Shown here: piece after piece, positions 14,542-27,180 of the stretch | How positions within the stretch are numbered: the stretch's first letter is position 1 | Layout: each line of letters starts with the position of its first letter | NCBI GenBank assembly: GCA_003971905.1 | Contig: RSEE01000003.1 | Location: 744,001-808,000, forward strand | DNA: 64,000 bases | Origin: Moniliella sp. 'wahieum' | Taxonomy: Eukaryota | Direction of reading: 5' to 3' | Position numbers and translations under genes: made by a program | The notes under the pieces: model-generated | What the model was told of the DNA's origin: nothing | Database searches by the model: none | The model's input: only the letters and a program-made list of their open reading frames with translations

Positions 14542-15629
14542 GAACTTGAGTAGTGGTCTGATGGAAGGAAGCCGAGGAGCGAGAATTAACGATAAGGGAG
14601 CGGGGGTGGCAGTGCAAAGCGACTTGTCGCCACCCCACGACACAACCGTCACTACTTTTATATACGGGCAGTATATTGTCACTATACTACATCCATACAC
14701 ACAGTAGAGTTGCCGCTGCCTCGATATCGAAGTGGACTGCAACTCTGATTGAACTCTCCCTCTGCTCCCAGATTGGGTGTGGACGTGGGGGATCCCGACC
14801 ATCGGGTCCGAATCTCCTTCTCCAACTCACGTTTTACACTGTATATATAGTACCTACCTGCTCATCGTTCATCCTTCAACGATCAGATCAACTGAATCCT
14901 TCGGCCAACAAGCCGAGAAGAAAAGGGCTCATACAATCTTGCTCTTTGCTCCTTGGGGCCTCCTAAATGCTGAAGTCCTCGGGCTAATATGCAGCCGTTG
15001 TCGGGAAAATATGTTGAGGTAGAGTGGTAGGTACGGGTACGTATGTGGTTTGTGGTCGTGAGGGCGGTGAAGCGAACAATGCCCATTCGCACATCAAGCA
15101 TGGGTCCAAAAACCCTGCAAACTGAGACCATTAGCGTCATCGACCATCCGAGGTCTATGATACCCTACCACCCGCACCGACCCTTGTCCCATCCCCCAAA
15201 AGCCTCGGATGGTATCCGAGACATTGAAAACAGACCCCAGGTAAAGGGTGTACCCGTGTTTCGTATATATACATGGGCTCACAGAGGGAAAGGGAGGGAA
15301 CAGAAGGGAACGGAACAGAAAAGGAAGAAACGGGAAAGGAACAGAAGCGAGACCGAAGAAGGTACGCGCACACCGAAGGAGCCCCTATTTAATCCCCAGT
15401 GGGAGGAACAGAGAAAAGCAGGGTCGAATCGAATCGAATCATTGTTTTTATACTCTATCCCGGCAAGAATGACGAGAGAGAGACATAAAGGGGCCCACAG
15501 CTGCCGCACAACGCTTCCTACAAGAGAAAGAAAAAAGAAGAAAAACTCAAAGGAGTCAAGGACCAATTCCCAGTTCACTTTGGCAGTAGAGGAATACGAA
15601 GAAGAGGAGCAACACCAGATCCGGGTAGT

Positions 15630-16811
15630 GTGACGGAATCATCATCTGAGTGGGTAGGTTTAGATGGTGGATTGAAGAGTACATGGGAAAACTCGGCAGT
15701 GCGTCAGTGAAGGGGGAGGGGGCCAGGGAGGAGCAAGGGAAGGGATGCAACTAGGTAGGAAGGGCGTGGGAGAGTGGCGATAGTAGGCAGAGAGGCAGAG
15801 TATGTCGAGGTTTGCTCGTCCGTCCAGGACCTTCCGTACCCTTCTCCTTGCTCATGCTCGCCATCTACCACTCTCGGAGAGAGGTTGGAAGAAACTGGAC
15901 GGTTTGTCCCTGCCACATGAAAATGAGGAACTGGTGGGAGTGGGTGTGCCCAACTCCCATGGAAGAGGGACCATACGGATAAGAACGGCTGCGCCAGCTG
16001 CTTAGGAAAAGGGAGGAGGAATGAGGAGGAGGGGGGGCTTGGTTATGGAAGTTGGTCCAGTCAGGATCAGGACAAAGCAACTTGTGGGTACCGAGGGTGC
16101 GTGCGCCGGAAACTAGGTCTTTGTTACCCTGTTGGTGTAAAGGGAAAGGCAAATGAAGTGAGATAGGTTCCGCCACGGAGTCCTGTACGGAGGCGTGCGA
16201 ACTGGAGACGTGCGTGGAGGAGGCATCGCATTTTCCCACGGCTGGTGGCAGCGCCGTCGGTGCGCCCAGACGGGATGGATTTGCAAACGAACGAAACACT
16301 GTAGGCCGACGAGGAGGAATCTTGCATCGAGTGCTGACGGCATGCTGGGGTTCTGTCGTGTTGCCTTCTCTTACCTTGGGCTCTACCGTTGTGGTTGCTT
16401 GTTCAGCAAGGAGGCGGGGGACAATCAGTGTTCGACGAGCATGGGTTCTTTCATTCCAGGGTAGGGATACGCAGATGGGCGTTGAAGGGACGGGGGGGGC
16501 GTGGTGAGCGAAGCGCTCGGCTCTCATTTGAGGGGATGATCATCAATGCGGAAAAGGCAAGTCAAACCGTGTGCCTGACAGTAATGGCAGGCGGTAGCCT
16601 CGCGTGGAAGCACACAACGAATCTTGCGTTTGCGGCTGGGGAGTGTCAGAGATGGGAAGGGGGCAGGCATTAGTTCAGGGGAGGGAGGGGAGGGGAGGGG
16701 GGGGGCTACTTCATGAAGTGAATACGCAACAGGAATTAGAACGGCGGGGAAAACATACCATGGTTCGCACGCACTGATGGGGCGAGTGCGTCGCTTGGGA
16801 ACATTGGTCAT
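15630..16811 (-). CDS. Zn(II)2Cys6 binuclear-cluster transcription factor (3' end uncertain)
   Basis: Removing a GTATGT...CTGAC..CAG intron (16758-16636) gives MTNVPKRRTRPISA-CEPC-RKRKIR-C-VLPREATA-CHYC-QAHGLT-C, i.e. Cx2Cx6Cx8Cx2Cx6C. Confidence 0.9.
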
Positions 16812-18824
16812 GCGCTTCTGGCGTGAAAGGCGGATTGGGTAACAGGAGGAACGGCTGAACACGAAACCTGGCGTTGGGTCTGGGCAGAAGCGGGTTGGCA
16901 GCCATGGCAGTGGACGGCGACGGGTCGGATGTTCAATCAGAACAAGATCCTGGGAGGAGAAAGAGGAGGAAAAGGAGGAGGATGACTTGGGGGACTGGGC
17001 ATGGAAGAGGCAAAAGCGTGAGGAGCTGGTAGGGCGAAAACGGGGCTCGGGGAGGAAGGCGGTGGGCACATGAGCAGGGCATGAATGGACAGCGTGTGGG
17101 GAGGGAAGGAGCACAGTCTATTTATATCTGAGCGAGAAAAAGTCAAGTCGCTACGATGTATATATGATGCTCTCGCGGCGCCATACAAAAGTGTACGTCT
17201 GACTGTTTGTCATTGGCCGTGCGCAATACTGGTGCCCTTGCCAACAGCTGCGTGCTTTATCAGTTGGGGCCTCCATAAGGCCACGGCGGCAACAAACGGC
17301 ACACCCCATGAAAGCTACTAAGTGGTCCAGTACAACACCTATAGCGCTCGAGACTCAGCGTCTTGGTTGCCGCGTTATGCCCCTCCCCCCTTCTACCTCA
17401 CACACACAAGCAAACCATCGTAGGAAGCGGAGAAGAGGAGGTGGCAGGCGGATGCGACATACATAGGTGCCGCTTCCACTCCCCGACAGTTTGGCAAATC
17501 ATCTGCCAGCCTAGCCAAAAGTCTAACCCCATCGTATGTCACAGTACATAAACTTTCGCACAATACAGAACGTGCCGCGGCTCCGAGACACGCACCTCAC
17601 ATGAGGCTTACATATTCAGCCTTCAAGCTTCAGACTTCAGAACCCAATCACAAATGTATATTACTCACACCCAGCTGTATGTGTAGGAGCTTGTGTAACA
17701 GAGATGATCGATGAGATCGAGAGGAGGGTCCTACCTGCAGTAGAGAGAGACTTGACATCTTTGGTCACATTGTGTGACGATCTGTGTGGAGCAGTGTCTA
17801 CTATGTGTGACATTAGTATATACTGAATTTCGCCTCAGCGCTCAGCTCCCCCCCGTCTGAGAACAAGGTTGTCATTATATATACCAACATCTTTTGAAGG
17901 CCGAAGATCTATACCTGTCACATGTCAAGCATGCCTCCTCATCGTAGGAGAAACACGTTACGCAACACGTCCCAGACGCAACTACTCTAACCCAAGATAG
18001 AGTGTATGATGACATATACTGTGTGGTATTATGATCGCATTACTACTAAACGTTAACGTTAGAAGTATATTATGGTTATACTCTTGTGCCGAGCCTAGAT
18101 ATAGGACATCAGTGACCGACTCTTGACATCCATTATGCCTACTAATAGTGCGAATGCTTTTATTCACTGATGCGCTGCTCTTTGTTCTTGATGAGGGCTG
18201 ACGCGCCGATGCGCGCTGACGCCAGATCCTGAGAGGTGTGCAACGAAAAAGGGGATGATAAAGCAAAGGGGGCATCATATGATGGTGGAATATTACTCTG
18301 CTGGTTCGCGCTCTCTCTCTCTTGCGCCCCACATGTTAACATTCGATCATATCGCTCCAACTTCAACTTCAGCTTATTTTTCCCTACTAGCGCTTGACTC
18401 CCCCCCCCTGCTGTTCTTTCGTACAAAACTCTCTCTCGGGTGTATATGCTATCGATCTCATCTCTTTCTCATCTGCAAAGGATCATCGATCCATGTACCC
18501 CTACCCCGTATTTCCAAGGAGGGCTGCTCAAACAAAGAAGCCACTTTAGGCCCCATTCGCCTATCTCAATTAAAGTCACATACAGACTCCGATATTCCAG
18601 CGCAAAAATCACACACAGCTTTCCTAGTAGTAGCAGTCTTCTCGCGGCGTACCAGGGTGCGCCTGCAGGGGTGTTGAGTATATTCTACAGGTTATACACA
18701 GCCAGAAGGCGATTTCCGTTTTGGCATGCTTGTAAGCTTTTCAAGCCCCAAGCGGTACATGCTTGTAAGCATTTCACGTCCCGAGCCCGATATGATAGTA
18801 ACTGTACCCTCTTCTCAGTGGCGT

Positions 18825-19095
18825 TGTGGGACCCAACCTTTGGGCCCAGCTGGCTTTGTAGAAGGGACCGGTGGGGGTGTAATTAACGCTTTAACTCTTA
18901 TTTTTCGTCAAGTTGGCGCCCAACGATTGGGACCGAGAGCCATGTGTGGTCCCAACGTTTGGAATGGAAGGGTGCATGTGGACCCAACCCTTGGTGCTGA
19001 TCGGTGTGGGCCCAACCCCTGGGTCCGAAGACTTATGTGACCCGACCCCTAGGACCGGATAACAGTAGTGTGTGTGGGCCCAATCTTTGGATCGA
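18825..19095. repeat. Degenerate array of about 7 hairpin-containing units, consensus near TGTGGGCCCAACCCTTGGG
   Basis: CCCAAC-like cores at 18832, 18919, 18951, 18983, 19011, 19041 and 19079. Confidence 0.8.
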
Positions 19096-20389
19096 TCCTG
19101 TGAGCTGGAAACAATACCCTCAGCTAATAGGCATTTTCTCTGAGCTGACGCCCACCATGCACAGCCAAAAGGCACCAATTATGGAAAACAGACTTTTTCC
19201 ACACTTCACCGGCTTGACTCCTCATGCTCGTTCTTCTGCTTTCTCGGTGTTTTGACGTCAAAGGTTGGATCGTTTCGAGTCCCCTTCTTGCTCGACCCTT
19301 GGTATAATGCGTCACCAATTCGATCTGCTCCTGTGATGGACGGATGGACGTCTGGACTGGCGGCACCCACAAAAGCATAGTAGAATATCGTCATCAACCG
19401 TATTACTTGCTATATGTCCGTATCAGGAATTGCCGGAAAAGAGAGAGCCCGCACCAGGAACTTATATTGGGTGTAGTCGATATCTGAACGCAAAAAGTGG
19501 GCGGAAACGGCGTATACGATTAAGACTCGCTCGCTAGGTAACCGTCCTTCATTCTGGCTCAATAAGGGCCAACCGATAGCACCTGATTACATCGGATCGA
19601 TCGATCTCCAAATCAAGATTGGTACAAAAGGGGGCAGAACGCAAAGATGTGGGCCGTGTTTAGATAGCGAGGTGGATGCGAAACGGAAGAAGTGAAAGAG
19701 GCCTCTGAAGCAGGAGCCCCCAGAGGCTGACAAGAGATTATGACGCTCTGTGCCACCGCATCTTCCATCAAACTAAGCTCGCCTATTATAGGCGAATGAC
19801 GGAGACTCGATGAGGGCTAACGGCGCTAACACGTGCTCACCATGTGAGACGCATGTGGGTTTCCAACATGCGACTGCGCCTCTTTTAACGGGACTTAACG
19901 GGAAGAGAGAAGAGAAACGTTTGGTGGTAAGGCACAGCTGTGGTGTGGGTCCCTGGGCGCAGCGGCCGGCGCAACACAGAGGGTACTTCGGAGTTGTCGC
20001 TGCAGGCCAGCGCCAGGCCGGCATTGTGACCTGGGCCTGATCATGCATGATGACATACGATGTGCATAATGCATAGCTGCATAATGCATAACGCGCATAA
20101 CGGGTCTATAGTAGTGGGTACCGCCAGCGACTACGTAGATGCCCTTGTACTCTAACTTAAATTGATACTGTGATCGCAAGTAGTAACTGGTAAAGAACTA
20201 GGCCGTGCTACTAGTGACCAGTATATATAAAGGAAGTAGCAAGCAGAAAACGCGGAACTACGTGGCGCTTTGCATCACTCTTCTGTTTATCCCTGCATGC
20301 TCTCTGCTTCCTGCTCTCTTCCACCTTCTTCTATCTTGCCCTCTACTGTTGCGGTGGACATCGATGCTTTTTGAGGGACCGTGGTGGAG

Positions 20390-20990
20390 TAACCCAGGAA
20401 TTTGGGTGGAGAACCTCCTGCCGGGAGTCGGACGTAGAGCAATGCAATTGCGACCAAAAGGTGTTAGTTGGGAACCGTTGTGCTGGGTTGACGACTCGCT
20501 GTTTCCCCTCCGAGTGAAGACGTTTTCCGTCGTGTTCACCGCGCGCTGAATGATTTCTTTGTAGTCAAGGAGGACCTTGGCCCACAATTATGAAGAAAAA
20601 AATGGTAGGACTCAATGCCGAATATACGGTCGCGTTGGTGGTCGCCTGTGTCTGAACCATACTGTCGGTGTGGCCCAGCTCCTTGCGGAGCAGGGCGTGA
20701 CGGAGGCGATTTCGCGTTTGCTTCCTATGACCACAAATCGGTGATCAGTACAGCGGGCCGAGGAGGCTGAGGAAGGGGCCATTCTCAAGCGCTTTGTGGT
20801 GGAGTACCAGTCAGGGGTGGGATCGATCCAGTATGGCACGTCCGTATATTGCGTTTGCTGCCGGATTTGCGGGGCAGTCAAATGCCAAGCCGACCAAGCA
20901 GTCATGGGAAGTCGTGAACGGGATTCTTTGTTACCTGGTCGGTCACCAACTCAAGCTGGTGTACACCCCCCAACCCACCGAGTTGATCTA
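20390..20990 (+). mobile_element. Ty1/Copia reverse transcriptase relic, internally deleted
   Basis: GIWVENLLPGVGRRA, WVDDSLF, KDLGP-like, EYQSGVGSIQY, RPYIAFAAG....KPTKQSWEVVNGILCYL; these match the Copia YVDD, YQS.VGSL.Y..TRPDI and HW..VKRILRYL motifs. Confidence 0.8.
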
Positions 20991-21349
20991 AGTATGGACG
21001 GACGATGCTACCCTAGAAGGATTTCGCGAGGCAAAGCATCTGCTCAAGATAACAAAGAGCTTTGGGAGATGATTCAAAACAGCATGGATACCAAAGTGGA
21101 AAATCAGCGTGCTCTAGCTTATACTTGGGGGCACTGAGAAGTGATGGGCGCAACAAGCACTCTACTACATTGAGCTCAAGGCAAAATGGGCAAATGGGTA
21201 TAGAGGCTAGAACAATTCACTACAGAGGGTATTGTCCCACCCAGTCCATTGGGGCCGATCTCCTTGCCAAGGCTGTGTCTGTGGTCCTGCGCATGCCAAT
21301 GGATGCAAGGGTTGGTCTATAGGACCATTCCTATTCTTGAGGGAGAGTG

Positions 21350-21496
21350 TGTGTGGATGAATTGCGTGCTATACTGGTGGCATGCGACCAATGGCACTGC
21401 AGCAGCAGTGTTCTTATTTCTCCTTCTGCTCTTTTGAGGGAACTATATGCAGTGAGAATGCTATGACTTTACCACCTCCATCATCTCCAGTTAGCT
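21350..21496. repeat. Dispersed repeat, copy 2
   Basis: Direct-orientation match to 1968-2129. Confidence 0.9.
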
Positions 21497-21638
21497 CGTT
21501 GAGGCCAAGGCCTTCTGCCCCTTTTGGAAAAGACAGGGATTCGAACAAGTCAGAGTATACACGTGGAGGCAGTTCGGAGGTCAAATAAGGGCCCAAGGAG
21601 ATAAGGCATCTTATCCTATACATACATTAGGAGCGCAG

Positions 21639-21815
21639 TGTCACCGAATGACTAAGCTCTCGCTCCAATTTCCAATTCTGCACCCTGTGTCTCTCGCTTT
21701 CCCTTTCCTTTTGTTTCTGTTCTCGGCCCGATGCCTTCTGTTTCCTCCCACGAACAATCTTGTTTCTCCCGCCTCTGAAAGGACCTTGGTCCCTCGTTTA
21801 GTCCCAACTGCTACA
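21639..21815 (+). repeat. 5' LTR
   Basis: TGTCACCGAATGACTAAGCTC...CCCTCGTTTAGTCCCAACTGCTACA. Confidence 0.95.
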
Positions 21816-23649
21816 TATCGTTCGTCAACCCCAATCACAGACGAGCCCAACCAAGATGTCCGGGACACCCGAACAGCAGGATCTCAGCAACCCTACCAGT
21901 AACCCCCTCGTGCGCCGCAGTGGCCGTTATGCATTGGACGCCTCGGATGATGACGGCGATGGCGGCGCTGCTGGCGGTGGCGAGGAGGCAGAAAGGTACA
22001 TCCCCTCCGCTCCGATGGCCCAAGATCCATCTCCCATGGCTGGGCCCCCTGCTTCAGTAATCGCGCTGGACGAGTTGCGTGATGCTCGCGTGGCTCGTCG
22101 GCTGCAGGCGGAGAAGCTCCGCAAGAAACGGCCCACGAGGCCGAGAAGATTCAAGTCGATCGGGCCCACACTCAGTTACGGCGGGAGGGCAAACTGGAGG
22201 AGAAACGGGCTGAGGCCGCAGCGGCTGTTGAGATGTTGCAGCTGCTGGCACAAACGGCCGAGCAATTAAAGCGCGCGCTGCTGCTAGCGGTGGTCCCGCC
22301 AAAGTGCAAGGCCCCGCCCTTTCCGTCTCCGAGGGCGCCGTCCCAGCCTGCACCTGCGTCTCGCGACCTTAAGACGTTCGAGAGCCTTTACATTTTTGTC
22401 CGTCCTCCAGTGCTCACCCCAGCAAGAGTGACCGCATTTCGGCTGAAAAGGTCGTTACTTCCTTCGAGATCTACTCCCACGTCGCCCTTGGTCGCCACGC
22501 CGACGATGCGGAGAAGATTGACCGGTTCATGGGATTGATGCAAGGCGAGGCACTTCGGTGGCTCCAGCAATACGGGTTGGAGCCCGAACTGAGGGGTTGG
22601 CTCAGCGCACCTCCCCTGAACTTCAGTCGTGGCCGGCCTTTCGGACTGCATTTTTGACTGATGAATGGGGTGAATGTAACCCCCGGGGGGCAGTCAGCCT
22701 ATGTGGAGTATCGGGCACTCACCCAGATCGGGTCGGCTGCCGACTTTGCCGCTCAATATGTGCGTGTGCTGCGGTGCTGGAGCACCGATGCCCCTCATGT
22801 GAGCAGTTCTATTGGGACTTTCTGTATGGGCTGAAACCCAAGGTGCGGGACGGTCTTGCTGCTCGTGGTGAGAGTCTACACACGTCAAGCGGCTGTTGTT
22901 TGAGCAGCTGCGCACTGCGGCAATCGATATGGACAAGTCCCAGGCGTTGGGTATGCGCGGTGCTAGTAGGGCTTCTCAGGCTTCGAGCGGGAACCAGTTT
23001 TTTCGGCCCTCGGCGGCCGAACCCGAGCCCACATCGACCTTAGCGCAGCCCAGGCGCAGGCTACAGCGAGAGCAGCCGATATCGGGAGCGCAGGTGGAAG
23101 GATCCTGCTACTGTTGCGGCTCCCGTGCGGCCACAGTATTGCCCACTGCCCGCTTGCCAGTTCGCCCCCGCCTCGCCAGTCCGAATTTCCCGCGGCTGGT
23201 GCTGCCACTGAGGCGGCCGTCGGCCCCAGTCGGCCTTCGCCTGGATCTTTCAACGGTACTTGTTCATTTTCGCCCTGGTTCTTCGTCCTCGTCCCCGTCC
23301 TCAGCTCCGATTCCGGTTCTTGCCCTGATTGACTCTTGTGTCAAAACAGCATCTTCATGGATCGTGTCTTCGCCCACCGACACGGCCTGCTTACCCATCC
23401 ACTGGAGTATCCCTTGTCAGTCCGCGTAGTTGACGGACGTCCCGTCTCTTCGGGTCTGGTGACCTGGGCGGTGGAGGCATCCGTCGCGGTCGGCTTGCAT
23501 AATGTGACGACCGAAGAATTTTTCCTCACCTCCCTCCACCATCCCTTGATTCTTGGCCTTCCTGTTCTCGAGTCCCACAACCCTTACACAGACTAAGTAC
23601 CCCTCGCACACGTTACATTTCGACAAACCACAGTGTCGCGAGCATTCAC

Positions 23650-23790
23650 CCCAGTCCCAGTCTCAGCCCCAGCCTCAAAGCCCCAGTATCAGCCACAGTC
23701 TCAGCCACAGTCTCAGCTCCAGCCCCAGCCCAGCCCCAGCCCCAGCCCCAGCCCCAGCCCTAGCCCCAGCATTTCCCCAACCAGTCCCCA
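23650..23790. repeat. (CCCCAG)n-type hexamer repeat in the protease-RT spacer of the chromovirus
   Basis: cagccccagcccagccccagccccagccccagccccagccctagccccag with cagtct/cagcca variants. Confidence 0.9.
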
Positions 23791-26700
23791 CCTCCCCAAG
23801 GTACGCGTCTCCGCTCCTCACCCTCTGGTCCCGCCCCTCCCTACAGTCCTCCCTCCCCCCTAATAGCCTGCCGATTGACTTCCTTTCCTTGGAACAGTTT
23901 GAGAGGTGGCCGACGATCCCGACACCGAGTTATGGGTTGCCCATCCCAGTGACCCAGCTTCATCTCGTCTGTATCCGTTGCATATGGTCCGGAGCCAGTG
24001 TTTCCTGACGAGTTCGACACCCGGAGTATGTCGACCACGTTTCCGGAAAACAGTGCCTTCGCGCTACGATGCCTATCGATGCCTTCGCCAAGTCTGGCGC
24101 CAAGACGCTTCCCACCCATCGTGGGGCGGACCATTCGATCGGCTTTGTACCCGGCGCTACTCCCACCTTCACTCATCTCTACCCTCTTTCTACGGGCGAG
24201 ATGGATGTCCTGGACCGGTGGATTGAGAATCTGGCCTTTTTGGGTTCATTCGCCCGTCTAAATCGCCGTTTGGGGCGGGTGTTCTCTTTGTTTAGAAGAA
24301 GGATGGCTCGCTCCAAGTTTGTGTAGACTATCGTGCCCTCAACTCCATTTACCATATCAAGAATCGTATGGCTCTCCCCTTGATTAGCGACTCGCTCGAC
24401 CGCTTGTCCGGGGCCCGCGTTTTTACCAAGCTTGACCTCCGTCGGGCGTATAACCTTTTGAGGGTCAAGGAGGGCGATGGGTACAGGACTACTTTCGTAC
24501 CCGGTATGGTCATTTTGAGTCCCTCTCGTTCTGCCGTTCGGTCTCTGTAAGGCGCCCGCCACTTTCCACAAACGATCTCCTTCGGGACCTTCTCGACGTC
24601 TCGGTGCTGGTATATCTGGACGATATCTTGGTATTCTCGTCGGACGAAATGCCGAGGTGTTGCGGCGTCTGCAGCGTGCCAGGCTCTACCTTGATCCGGG
24701 CAAATGCCAGTTCCACACATCCCGTACAGAGTATTTGGGCTACGTCGTTTCGCCCACGGAGATTGTAGGAAGGGGATTGCTTTGGATGCCAATGGCATTC
24801 ATTCACAGGCTGCTTGGAGTGGTGCCTTACATACCAGAGAAGAATCTTCACACGGTAAACCACGCGTGATGAGGGGAAAGAGACAAAAGGGGCCAAAAAG
24901 GAGAAGATCTAGAACAGGGTCATACCCACATCCGGTGGGAATGTGTGTTTGACCCGTCAGGCCGTATCGGGATGGATCCAGCTAAGGTGGAAGCGATCAA
25001 AGCATGTGGCTGACGCCCAAGACCAGCCGCCAAGTTTAGGTGTTCCTAGTTGGGTTTGCCAATTACTAGTACTACCGCCACTTCATTCGCTCCTATGCCT
25101 GTTTCCGCCCCCCCTTTCCGACCTCACCCGCAAGACCCAGCGGTTTGATTGGATGCCTGCCTGTCAAAGCGCCTTCAACGACCTTAAGAGGATCTTCGCT
25201 TCTCCCCATGTCATTTGCCATTTTGACCCCAGTCAGCCACTCCGCGTTACAACTGACGCATCGGATGCCGCCTTAGGTGCAGTGCTGGCCCAGCAGGACG
25301 AACATATATGGCCGTTGGCGGCCTGTTGCCTTCCATTCCCGCAAGCTTTTCGCAGCCGAAAACTCAACTATACCACGTCTGAGAAGGAGGTACTTGCCAT
25401 TGTGGTGCCCATCGGGTATGGCGCCACTATGTTGAGAGCTTACGGTCCACACGAAGCGAACGCTACTTTCCGGCGGCCGCGCCTCCTGGACCGCCGGCAG
25501 GGCCGGTGGCGTCAGATCTTTTGTCGCCCTACCGGTTACCCATGGTGTATCACTCCGGGACAAAGAATGCTGCTGCTAATGGCTTGTCCCGTCGCCCCGA
25601 TCTTTCCATCGGCTCTCGCCCTGCCGAGGCTGGCTCCCAGACCTTGTTGGAGGCAGTTTCTGAGCGTTCCGCTGCTGTGCCCGAGCTCATGTCCGGTCAG
25701 CCCGATGCGCCGTTGGTAGCGCATTTGTCGGCCGACGAGATCCAATAGCGCATCCGCGACATGGTGCCCCGCGACCCCCGTTGGGACATTGCGACCTCCC
25801 CGGGACACCTCCCCCTCATGCTCTTACCGTTCGCGATGGCCTCCTGCGGCATGGTGAGCAGATCTATGTCCATCCCGATGCCCCTGTTTGTTCACCACAT
25901 TTTCCGCTACCATGGGTTGCCGCGCTACTTGGTTAGCGACAGTGGTCATACTTTTGCGAGCCACTTTTGGAGGGCCCTGTGCAGTGACTTGGGTATCCAC
26001 TAGAGCCTCGGCACGGCGTATCACTCCAATGGGGCGGACAGACTGAGAGGGTGAACCAGATTCTCGAGCAGTACCTTCGTTGCTACCTGTGCATGGATTG
26101 GTCTTCTCCCCACGACCGAATTTGCTTACAACTCTTCCCCCCACTCCAGCACAGGCGCGTCCCCCTTTTTCCTTACGTATGACAACTCGCCCCCCCCCGC
26201 GGTGAGAGTAGCGGCTGCGTCGTCGGCCGTTCCGGACGCCGCTTCGTACCTCGAGGGTCTCCGCTCGGCCCAAACCGTAGCTCGGAAGACGCTGGCCGCC
26301 GCCCAGGAGCGGTATCGGCACTACGCTGAACAGCATCGCACTGAGGCCGACTCCTTTGAAGTTGGTCAACCGGTTTTGGTCCGTCGCGATGGCTACTTAT
26401 CCACCCAAAATCCTTTCGACGGGTTGGATTACCCCTAACTGGGACCCTTTTTCTAATCGTCCATGCTGTCGTCCGTGCTGCGTATCAAGTACGCCTGCCT
26501 GATTGGCTTCATATCCACGATGTGTTCCACGTCTCCCGGTTGCGCGCCTATACAGTCCGGGCGACGAGGTCTCTGACCTTTTCGTCGAGCCCCCTTCCCC
26601 CTTCCCGACTATGCCAACGATGGGACGGTTCATCACGAGGTCCAGGAGGTTTTTGACTCCCGCCGTAAGGGTTGCGGTGGATGTCTGGAGTATTTTGTCC

Positions 26701-26880
26701 ATTTTTCGGGCTACCCTGTCCATGAGCGGGAGTGGGTGCCAACTGCGGACATGTCCCATGACGCCGACCCGATGGTTCGTTTCCATGCGATGTACCCCGA
26801 CAAGTCTGTTTCCCGCGCCCGACGTATGGCCCTTGCCCGCCTTCTCCAACGCCGGGGAGGTGAGGTCTGAAAGGAGGCAA

Positions 26881-27049
26881 TGTCACCGAATGACTAAGCT
26901 CGCTCCAATTTCCAATTCTGCACCCTGTGCCTCTCGCTCTTCTCATCTTTCCTTTTGCTTCTGTTCCTGTTTCCTGCCACGAACGATCTTGCCTTTCCCC
27001 CCGCCTCTGACAGGACCTTGGTCTCCCTCGTTTAGTCCCCACTGTTAGA
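26881..27049 (+). repeat. 3' LTR
   Basis: TGTCACCGAATGACTAAGCTC...CCCTCGTTTAGTCCCCACTGTTAGA followed by the TSD. Confidence 0.95.
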
Positions 27050-27080
27050 CGCAGAGCCCAGCAGGTGCTGTTGTGTACCC

Positions 27081-27180
27081 TCCTTCCTCTTCCTCTTCCT
27101 CTTCCTCTTCCTCTTCCTTTCTCTTCCTCTTCCTCTTCCTTCTTCCTCTTCTCTTCTTCCTCTTCCTCTTCCTCTCTCTA
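27081..27180. repeat. (TCTTCC)n polypyrimidine microsatellite
   Basis: About 100 bp of C/T-only hexamer units. Confidence 0.95.

Larger units (their letters stand above)
21639..27049 (+). mobile_element. Ty3/Gypsy chromovirus (Tf1/Tcn1-like), both LTRs present, defective
   Basis: TSD CGCAG at 21634-21638 and 27050-27054. Gag with CYCCG..GHSIAHC knuckle about 23106-23150; protease ALIDS about 23322; [21 protein letters not shown] and VYLDDIL; RNase H TDASDAALGAVL; integrase HGLPRYLVSD; chromodomain about 26615-26805; purine tract before 26881. Confidence 0.96.

Noticed and set aside
18825..19095. CRISPR-like repeat-spacer appearance
   Set aside because: Eukaryotic context, degenerate repeats, spacers only about 10 nt and no cas genes.
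19100..19420. Possible second Copia relic on the minus strand (VDDDILL)
   Set aside because: Only one weak motif; not enough to call.
21535..21550. Minus-strand B-box-like GTTCGAATCC near the Ty3 insertion
   Set aside because: No A-box or cloverleaf; not a tRNA or a clear SINE.
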